This document shows, piece after piece, positions 56,870 through 64,000 of a stretch of 64,000 nt of DNA; positions within the stretch are counted from its first letter, which is position 1, and each line of letters begins with the position of its first letter. A program made the translations under genes and the position numbers. Source of the stretch: Candidatus Moraniibacteriota bacterium (GTDB lineage: Bacteria > Patescibacteriota > Minisyncoccia > Moranbacterales > UBA1568). The stretch spans positions 566,321 through 630,320 of the forward strand of contig CAVURJ010000001.1 in assembly GCA_963743885.1 (NCBI GenBank). Reading direction: 5' to 3'. The notes under the pieces were generated by a model, which worked only from the letters and a program-made list of their open reading frames with translations, did no database searches and had not been told where the DNA came from.

Positions 56870-58027
56870 ATGTCCATGCTGAGAAGGATCGTATTACCGC
56901 TGTTTATCGCAGCGAGCGCGGCCCTCTCGGGCTGCGCGACCAACCCTCGCTTCGATACGTCGCTTTCGAGCAATCGTATCAGCGGGGAGGGTGTTTGTGA
57001 GGTTCCTCAGCACTGGAAGGCGCTTGCGCTTGAAGGTGTGAGGACGAGCGATCTCTCGCGAGCTACCGTCGTGCAAGTCGCTATGACGCCAGAATGGATC
57101 GGTGACGCCCTCGGGTGGCCCGTTCCTATCAATGACAGGGAAGTGAGATATCTGCCTCGTCTTGTCTGGTCTGCTCTTCTGGTTACCAAATCTGGAGAGC
57201 AGCGGTTCTATCCGGCGATAGCCAAGAGCCCACTCATCAATCCATACTTCACCGTCGTGATCCCTGACCGTTCTGCGGCAGAGGTGAATGACGGCGATCG
57301 GATCATCATTCTGTCTGGGGCGCATACGAAGGCGCTCACGACGAAGGGGGATACCGTTTCGCTTCGCGCGGACAAGAATTGCATCAGTGCAATCGACGAG
57401 GGATTCTTCAACGACTTCCCGTCGCCTGCTTCTGGTGCCGTCGATCTCTCTGGCGATCATGCGATCATCCGGGATATCAAGAAGAAATTCCTTTGGCCAA
57501 AGCGTTCCGATGGTGTGGTGTATTCAGTGCATTCTGATGCGATGTCGCCGGAAGTATTCGGCGATGTGCGTCAGGCTACCTATGGCGAACGGTTCCGCAG
57601 CCACGGGGGAGGGAAAGTCTCTCTTCCGATCGGTGCGCTTCCTGCAGCCGTGGTGGTGGGCAATCTGCTCAATAACGTCGTGCCAGCAGTCCAGGCTTTC
57701 GATGAGCGGTATGTCGGTCCTTTCGGGGAGCGGCAGTATTCCGCTGAGGAGGCCGGAATGATCCTCGCGAGCAGCTTCAGGCAATATAGCACCTATGTCC
57801 ATGATCTCGAGCGCAGGCTCGGCAGGGAAGAGACGCCGCTTGCGGCTCCAGTAGTCTCTTTTGAGGGCAGCCGTTCCGGATGGCAGATCGCTCGTGACCT
57901 TTACCTCGACATCGAGGATATGTGGTCACGAGTAGAGGCTCTCAGGGCGGCATCCGTCAGAAGCAATCCAGTCCAATCGACCGGACTGCTTGCTGGCGGT
58001 CCGAACTCACAAGGAGAGAAGAAATGA
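56870..58027 (+). CDS. Orphan lipoprotein
   Basis: SD AGGAGG; lipobox LSGC. Confidence 0.75.
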   Translation: MSMLRRIVLPLFIAASAALSGCATNPRFDTSLSSNRISGEGVCEVPQHWKALALEGVRTSDLSRATVVQVAMTPEWIGDALGWPVPINDREVRYLPRLVWSALLVTKSGEQRFYPAIAKSPLINPYFTVVIPDRSAAEVNDGDRIIILSGAHTKALTTKGDTVSLRADKNCISAIDEGFFNDFPSPASGAVDLSGDHAIIRDIKKKFLWPKRSDGVVYSVHSDAMSPEVFGDVRQATYGERFRSHGGGKVSLPIGALPAAVVVGNLLNNVVPAVQAFDERYVGPFGERQYSAEEAGMILASSFRQYSTYVHDLERRLGREETPLAAPVVSFEGSRSGWQIARDLYLDIEDMWSRVEALRAASVRSNPVQSTGLLAGGPNSQGEKK

Positions 58028-59538
58028 AACGCATGTTGTTGTGGCTTGTTTGGCTTCTGGCATTCTTCGGAATGTCGGCAGTGCAGGCAGCCGAGCTGGC
58101 AACCCATGTTGTGAGACCTGGGGAAACGTTCGGCAAGATTTCCGGTGCGAATTGGAAGGCAGACTGCAAGCTGAACAAGCTTGCGGATTGCAACAAGATT
58201 CATGTCGGTCAAGTGCTAAAGCTAACTGCCGCTCCTCGTGCTCATAAAGCGCGTGTGGCAGCGGTCGTTCCTCATCCATCCTGTATCACGCTGGGAGTGG
58301 CGCCGTGGAATCCGGAGCATCAGCTCGAACGCACGCTCGCAGGCATCAACCAACTGACGACGCTCACGCCCGCACAAAAGGCGGTGGCGAAGCAGAAGGT
58401 AACGGCTGGTGAGAAGACGTCCGAGAATAAGCTGACCGGCCATACGGTCTTCCGTGAGATGCTCTACCAGAGTAAGGTGTTCGGCCAAGCTAAGCACGTC
58501 TACGACAAGCCGGTCTGCACTCCTGAAGAAGGGGGCAAGCCGGAAGTCATGGATACGTACGACCTGGGCGATGGCACTTATCTCGCTATACCGCGACGTT
58601 GTGGCAATCCGGCAGTCTTTATGAAGCCGGTTGCTCCGCCACCTGTTGAACTGAGGTCGCTGTCGAAGGAGGAAACTCCCCAGGCGCCGCCGCAGAAAGA
58701 CATCATCACTGAGCGGTACGACCCCGATTACGACCTGGCTGAATATGCCGGAGCGGATAAGGATGTCATGTTTGCCGGATTCGAGGGTGCCTACTACCCG
58801 CGTCCCAAGAACGTCGCGACCGGCCGTCATGCGGTTGGTATCGGCGTCAAGGGCGACTGGTGGGATGGACATACTCATACTGGCTTCCAGTATGACGGAT
58901 ATGCTTTTGCTCCAGGCCTGGCCTACAAGTGGTCCGGCAAGGATAGGCGTGATGTCAATCTGAAACTGCTCTTCGGTCGTGTGAAAGAAAACGGCCATCA
59001 GGGTGCCTACGAGAGCGACCAGTTGTATCGGTCGGTATGCCTTGCTTCCAACTACACGGACGCTTCGCGCGAACGTGAAGGCAAGAAGGCGCTTCCCGAA
59101 TGGACGTTCTGGATGAACTACTGCCAGCTGAAGGCCAAGAGTTATGGCCATACCTGGCAGGGTCAGCCGATCGCGGATACGTCCGCACTCGGCAAGTCCA
59201 CAGCGCTCGTGAGCATCGGTTTCAGGCTCTATCTTCATCGCGATCTGGAAACGGCCGGTGTCGCCTCTGGCGATGTCGCTCGCAAGCTCCAGCCGTTCTT
59301 CGAACTGGGTGTCAACCAGGAAGTTCCGATGGATCCTTCTGGCCATGCGTATCTCGGTGTCAGAACGTCCGATAAACTCTGGACGTTTGGTGCCGGGCCG
59401 CATTTCAGTCACCTGGGAACAGTCCTCGGTGCCGGCATCACGCATGATGGCGGCCGAGCGATGAAGATGTCGATCGAGAATGCCCGTTGGCAAGAGACCT
59501 ACAAGGCGCTCAAGGCCGAAGGTATCGATCTCGATTGA
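58024..59538 (+). CDS. Secreted LysM-domain protein with beta-barrel-like C-terminal region
   Basis: ATGA overlap with the upstream gene; signal peptide; HVVRPGETFGKIS..NKIHVGQVLKL LysM; alternating aromatic/Gly strands. Confidence 0.75.
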   Translation: MKRMLLWLVWLLAFFGMSAVQAAELATHVVRPGETFGKISGANWKADCKLNKLADCNKIHVGQVLKLTAAPRAHKARVAAVVPHPSCITLGVAPWNPEHQLERTLAGINQLTTLTPAQKAVAKQKVTAGEKTSENKLTGHTVFREMLYQSKVFGQAKHVYDKPVCTPEEGGKPEVMDTYDLGDGTYLAIPRRCGNPAVFMKPVAPPPVELRSLSKEETPQAPPQKDIITERYDPDYDLAEYAGADKDVMFAGFEGAYYPRPKNVATGRHAVGIGVKGDWWDGHTHTGFQYDGYAFAPGLAYKWSGKDRRDVNLKLLFGRVKENGHQGAYESDQLYRSVCLASNYTDASREREGKKALPEWTFWMNYCQLKAKSYGHTWQGQPIADTSALGKSTALVSIGFRLYLHRDLETAGVASGDVARKLQPFFELGVNQEVPMDPSGHAYLGVRTSDKLWTFGAGPHFSHLGTVLGAGITHDGGRAMKMSIENARWQETYKALKAEGIDLD

Positions 59539-59795
59539 CGCGCGCAATGAAGAGAAGTCGCGGAACTATGGTCCGTAAGTCTTATACAGTCTAAGGGTAA
59601 CCACCCCCGGAAACCCTCCCGAATGGGAGCGGTGATAAAAAGGTCTGTCCGGCACGTGCGCAAGCATCCGAGATAGGCGGCTATAAGCAGGCAAGAGAAG
59701 CGGCTTCGACGAAGCAATTACGAAGGGCGTTTTGGTGGAATTATACCATACGCCCTTTACTTTTTCCCTTTAAAAAGCAATTTTTATACTATTGA

Positions 59796-59905
59796 CCCCG
59801 TACGAATTCTTTTTCTAGTTAGTGTTGACAGTGCGTTTGAGCTGATAGGCGACTTCGTCTCGAGATATCATTTTTTAGCTTGTTTATGCCGGAATTCGTA
59901 CGGGG
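59796..59905. mobile_element. Family B element inserted in a -35 box
   Basis: TIR ccccgtacgaattc / gaattcgtacgggg; TTGA direct repeats at 59792 and 59906. Confidence 0.85.
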
Positions 59906-59934
59906 TTGACAAAAATATCATTTGGGTGTATTAT
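59906..59934 (+). promoter_or_regulatory. sigma70 promoter
   Basis: TTGACA-N17-TATTAT. Confidence 0.8.
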
Positions 59935-60043
59935 GTAGTGTCATCATCAGAAGGATCGATGGCACAGGTTTCAATGCAGTACCTTAACGCCAGAGATAGT
60001 ATCAACGGCACTCCCATAGCGCTTTTCCTAAGGAGGAATCCAA

Positions 60044-60673
60044 ATGCGCAAACTCGTTCTGTTGTTCCTGTCCCTGTTCGGCCTCGTCGGTCTGGCTCAT
60101 GCGGCTGGCAATCTTGACGGCGTCAGTGGTTTCGATGGCAAGTCGTCGGTCAATGATGGTCCGCTCGCACTGGCGTTTACGTCGGTTGCGGCCGATGGTG
60201 CCTACACCGTCACGGCCAACAACGTTGTTGGCATCTTTACCGAAAACCCCAGCATCGCTGCTGCGGTCGAGGTGAAGAGTCCCTACGACGATCAGCCCAA
60301 CTGGATCCTGAAGGCTCTGCCCCCTGGCTCCATGCTGTACGCGATGGGTCTCGGCGGCGAGTGGGGTGCCCTTGATGCCAACATCAATAACCTCGACCTT
60401 TCCAAGGCCAAGGCCAAGGGTGAAATCAAGGGTAGTACGGCGGTGCTTACCTTCGTGCGTCCAGCTGGTCAGACTTGCCGCGTGGTGAACTGGGTGATCG
60501 TATTGCCCGACGGCAAGCGCACCTGGGGTCCCAACGGCGACAACAACGAAACCGGCCAGCATTCGCCGAACTTCGTCAAGGTGGGCGGCAAGCCGGCCAC
60601 GGCCTGGTGCTTCAACGGCCCGCAGGTGGTCGCCATGGACGCGGACCGGAAGACTGGTCTCGCCAGCAAGTAA
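60044..60673 (+). CDS. Secreted orphan protein
   Basis: SD AAGGAGG, signal peptide (AHA), strongly C/G-ending codons, terminator at 60699-60740. Confidence 0.8.
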   Translation: MRKLVLLFLSLFGLVGLAHAAGNLDGVSGFDGKSSVNDGPLALAFTSVAADGAYTVTANNVVGIFTENPSIAAAVEVKSPYDDQPNWILKALPPGSMLYAMGLGGEWGALDANINNLDLSKAKAKGEIKGSTAVLTFVRPAGQTCRVVNWVIVLPDGKRTWGPNGDNNETGQHSPNFVKVGGKPATAWCFNGPQVVAMDADRKTGLASK

Positions 60674-60889
60674 CAAGGCGGCAACGCCGTCTCGCAGCAA
60701 GGGCTCCCTCGATGTAACAATCGACGGAGCCCTTTTTCTTTGTCTAAAAAGTTTTTTTGTAGTTTTTCAAGTAAGTCTGACAATGTACACAATCGCGAAA
60801 AGAGTCAGATACCACGTTTTGCTATAAGCTTACTTAAGTAAGTCTTACTATTTGTGCAATTGCTTAAATAGTAAGACTTGAAGTTTTCC

Positions 60890-62266
60890 TTACAAGCTTT
60901 TCGCTCGAGAAGTTTTTTCGTTTTGTGAGAGCGCGAGGAGCGATCCCAAAACGATGAAGAAGAGCCACTGAACCGGCGTGTTCTTGAAGACGTTGTCGGT
61001 GAGGGCCGAGAGTTCGAGTGCGAGGAAGAAGAGGATGAGGATGCCGTAGGAGAGACGGAGTACGCTTTCCGGTCGAGCGGCGAGGTAGCGGCGGACCATG
61101 ATGGTGAGAAGCGAGCCGAGATAGAGGATGAAGACGGCGAGCCCGACCCAGCCGCCTTCGACGAAGAACTTCACAAAATCGTTGTGTGGTTCGTTGGGGC
61201 CGAGCGCGGTGCCGCGGAGGCTTTCTGAGAAGCGGGGGAACGTATCGAAGCCGGTTCCGAAGAGCGTGATGTCCTTCTGTTTCGCATATTCTGTGACATC
61301 GTGCCAGAGTGTCTGCCGCCAGACGATCGAGCTGTCCGGACCGGGACGGAGGCTCTCGTCGACGCGGGCTTGGAAGGCGGGCGAGAAGAAGAGGAGTGCG
61401 GCGGGGACGAACATGAGTGGTAGGAGGAGGATGCGGTAGCGGAAGAGCGCGAGAAGAAGGATGAAGACGGCGAGCGCCACCCAGGCGACGCGGGCGAAGG
61501 TGAGGAAGAGCATGCCGGAGGAGGCGAAGAGGAAGAGAAGAGCGAAGAGCTTTTCCTCGCGGTCGCGAGCGTAGGCGACGAGGAAGAGTCCGGAGATGAC
61601 GATCAGCGCGAAGAGGTAGAGGCTGTAGACGTTTGGATGGCTGAAGGTGCCGAAGATGCGCGGAATGGAGACATTTTCGTCGGTGAGACCGATATGAAAA
61701 AGATACTGATAGATGCCGAAGCCGATCGGTAGGATGCCGGAGATGAGGATGGCTCGGAGTACCGCCCGGAAATGGTCAGCGTTCTTGATGGTGGCGTAGG
61801 CGAGAAAGGCGAGTGCGTAGAGGTCGAAGAAGCGGAGAAGTTCCTGGAGTGTGTTCTTCGGCGCGATGGAAGAGACGATGGTGAGGATGCCCCAGAGAGC
61901 CATGATGAGAAATGGGGTCTTGAGTGGGAAGCGGAGAAGTTTTTTCCGATAGAGGAGTGCGATAATGATCCCGAGCGCTGCGATGCCGATGCCGAGCATC
62001 TGTGAGAGCGAGAGTGTGATGCCGTAGAGTGTGACGCTCATGTATTGGGCGGAATAGTCGAGCGACATGCGGATGACGATGAGAAGACAGAGGAGCGCGA
62101 GCGGGGCGCGGAAGGCGAGAATGATGGCAGCCGCGGCGAAAGCGAGCGTGGCCGGGAGGAAGAGTGGTAGCTCGAGTCCGAGCGCTGCGACCACTCCGAA
62201 GGCGGCAAGGGTCAGGATAAATATCCAGAAGGAGGCTTGTCGGAGGATCGGTGTCGGTGTATTCAT
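60890..62266 (-). CDS. O-antigen ligase/polymerase (Wzy_C) family protein
   Basis: RIFGTFSHPN, TFAR..W, LFGTG, PHNDFV..EGGWVG. Confidence 0.88.
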   Translation of the reverse strand: MNTPTPILRQASFWIFILTLAAFGVVAALGLELPLFLPATLAFAAAAIILAFRAPLALLCLLIVIRMSLDYSAQYMSVTLYGITLSLSQMLGIGIAALGIIIALLYRKKLLRFPLKTPFLIMALWGILTIVSSIAPKNTLQELLRFFDLYALAFLAYATIKNADHFRAVLRAILISGILPIGFGIYQYLFHIGLTDENVSIPRIFGTFSHPNVYSLYLFALIVISGLFLVAYARDREEKLFALLFLFASSGMLFLTFARVAWVALAVFILLLALFRYRILLLPLMFVPAALLFFSPAFQARVDESLRPGPDSSIVWRQTLWHDVTEYAKQKDITLFGTGFDTFPRFSESLRGTALGPNEPHNDFVKFFVEGGWVGLAVFILYLGSLLTIMVRRYLAARPESVLRLSYGILILFFLALELSALTDNVFKNTPVQWLFFIVLGSLLALSQNEKTSRAKSL

Positions 62267-62333
62267 AGTGTGAGATGGTTTGGTGGCTGCCCCAATTCTC
62301 ACCGCGTATGAGAATCAGGTGGTTTTTTTTGTA

Positions 62334-62984
62334 TTATTTCTTCCAGATGACCGTGAAGGTCATCGGGAATCCGAAGAAGCGGTTCTTGATGAATGTGTAG
62401 TCCGTGATGCCGGAGTCGGCGAAGAGCGAGCGGAGTTCGCGCTCGGAGAGAAGATACATGTAGTCGCCGGCTGCCCAGCCTTTGCCGATCATGCGGAGGA
62501 GGGCGTCGAAGCGGCGCTTAGAAAGAATGAGGTGAAGGAGAGGTATTCTCGTATGGAGCTCGATCGGGAAGAGCCGGTTCGGAGTCGTCAGATAGCCGCG
62601 CTTGCTGATGCGGATGAGCTCGACGAGGAAAGCATGCTGTGCGTCGCGGCCGCCTACGTGCTCGATGACAGCGTTGGAGTAGGCGATGTCAAAGGCGTCA
62701 TCAGCAAAGGGGAGGGATTTTCCGTCGCCGGAAACAGTGTGGATCGCCGGGTAGCGCTTGGCAAAATCGCTCATATCACCTTCGCCGATAGCGGTGACTT
62801 GTTCTGGATAGGTGTAGTGCTTCTCAAGGTAGTTGTCGGTTGTCGAGTACTCCTTGGTGTTGACGCCGATATCAGCGATGGTTTCATGCGGTGCTGGCGC
62901 GATGAGCGCGAGAAACTGCGCGAATTTCCGTTCGCGGCTCGTTTTTGATACAGCGTAAGCGATGAGTTCAAGAAGCGATGACAT
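62334..62984 (-). CDS. Class I SAM-dependent methyltransferase
   Basis: IADIG, GDGKSLPF.D..FDI..SNAVIEHV, TPNR.FPIE.H. Confidence 0.88.
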   Translation of the reverse strand: MSSLLELIAYAVSKTSRERKFAQFLALIAPAPHETIADIGVNTKEYSTTDNYLEKHYTYPEQVTAIGEGDMSDFAKRYPAIHTVSGDGKSLPFADDAFDIAYSNAVIEHVGGRDAQHAFLVELIRISKRGYLTTPNRLFPIELHTRIPLLHLILSKRRFDALLRMIGKGWAAGDYMYLLSERELRSLFADSGITDYTFIKNRFFGFPMTFTVIWKK

Positions 62985-63063
62985 GATTGATAGGATAATA
63001 TTGCGATGTTTCGTATTTTATTCTATAATCCCATAAGAAAGCCAAAAAGTCAACCGGATTTAT

Positions 63064-64000
63064 ATGAAGGTTCTTCTGATTAACAAGTATCATTTCTTGA
63101 AGGGCGGCGCTGAGCGCGCCTATTTCGATATGGCCAAGATGCTTGAGGCACGCGGTCATGAGGTCGCGTTCTTTTCGATGAAGCATCCGGAGAATATCAG
63201 GACGCCGTGGGAGAAGTATTTTGTGGAGAACGCCGAGTATCAGGATGGCAGCCAATCACTCTGCAAAAAGCTTGCGCTTGCAGCGAAGATTATCTACAGC
63301 TTTGAAGCGAAGCGCAATCTGGAGAAGCTCCTCGATGAGTTCCGTCCGGATATCGCGCATGTCCATAATATCTATCATCAGCTCTCACCGTCGATTTTCG
63401 CTCCGCTCAAGAGGCGCGGTATCCCGATCGTCATGACGCTACATGATTACAAGCTGGTCTCGCCGAATTACAGCCTCTTCGTACGTGGGAAGATCTGGGA
63501 GCACACATCGGGTCTCCGTTGTATCCTAGACCGCTCGGTGAAGGATTCATATGCGAAGAGCCTGGTCTGCGCGCTCGAGCAGTGGCTGCATGCACTTATC
63601 GGTAGCTATAGGAAAGTAGATGCCTTCGTTGCACCGAGCCGGTTCCTCATACAGAAGTTCAAGGACCTAGGTTTCCGACGGGAAATTAGCTATATACCCA
63701 ATCCGCTCGTTTCGGTGGATACGGCAGTTTCGGGCGAAGAGCGCGAAGTAGGTGTACTTCTCTCTTTTGGGCGGGTATCCAAAGAGAAGGGTATCGATCT
63801 GCTGATTGAAGCACTTGTGTCGCTCCCTGATAAAAAGCTCTGGGTAGTCGGAGACGGTCCTGATCGCGAGCGGCTGGAACGTCTTGCTGCTGAACGCGGT
63901 GTCGCCGGGCGAGTGAGGTTTTTCGGGGCTCTGTATGGCGATGACCTGGAGCGGATGAAGCAGCGCGCGCAGGCAATTGCTATACCGTCGGTTTGGTATG
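63064..64000 (+). CDS. Glycosyltransferase family 4 (3'-truncated by window)
   Basis: MKVLLINKYHFLKGGAE, HVHNIYHQLSPS, TLHDY, GRVSKEKG; open to the window end. Confidence 0.88.
   Translation, partial: MKVLLINKYHFLKGGAERAYFDMAKMLEARGHEVAFFSMKHPENIRTPWEKYFVENAEYQDGSQSLCKKLALAAKIIYSFEAKRNLEKLLDEFRPDIAHVHNIYHQLSPSIFAPLKRRGIPIVMTLHDYKLVSPNYSLFVRGKIWEHTSGLRCILDRSVKDSYAKSLVCALEQWLHALIGSYRKVDAFVAPSRFLIQKFKDLGFRREISYIPNPLVSVDTAVSGEEREVGVLLSFGRVSKEKGIDLLIEALVSLPDKKLWVVGDGPDRERLERLAAERGVAGRVRFFGALYGDDLERMKQRAQAIAIPSVWY

Noticed and set aside
60837-60882. Inverted repeat aagtcttactattt/aaatagtaagactt
   Set aside because: It most likely serves as the terminator of the convergent O-antigen ligase gene, with no further evidence of function.
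1-64000. Alternative genetic code (TGA=Gly)
   Set aside because: Conserved genes are uninterrupted under code 11, and several end at TGA at expected positions.

Overview
This window looks like the chromosome of a CPR/Patescibacteria bacterium, Parcubacteria-like and possibly Moranbacteria (inferred from gene content and mostly SD-less AT-rich leaders). Housekeeping genes include clpB (frameshifted, behind a perfect CIRCE), htrA, prsA, proS, ispH, aspS, mreBCD-mrdA, greA, lysS, serS, frr, rseP, tRNA-Val and tRNA-Lys. There are also surface-glycan glycosyltransferase clusters and several orphan secreted proteins. Three things stand out. (1) A candidate small-molecule signalling locus at 32.1-39.8 kb: a CqsA/LqsA-family PLP alpha-oxoamine synthase with a 7TM kinase, a SAM decarboxylase, a GNAT with a second 7TM kinase whose sensor half looks cassette-swapped, and a dual-receiver regulator. 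(2) At least five families of miniature palindromic insertion elements with striking target choices: start codons (TATG duplication), -35 boxes (TTGA duplication), stop codons, a tRNA D-loop and an in-frame site in ispH; many 7-9-nt-periodic inverted repeats also occur. (3) A nested or decayed tRNA-Val(CAC) array. All calls were made by eye, with no database searches.
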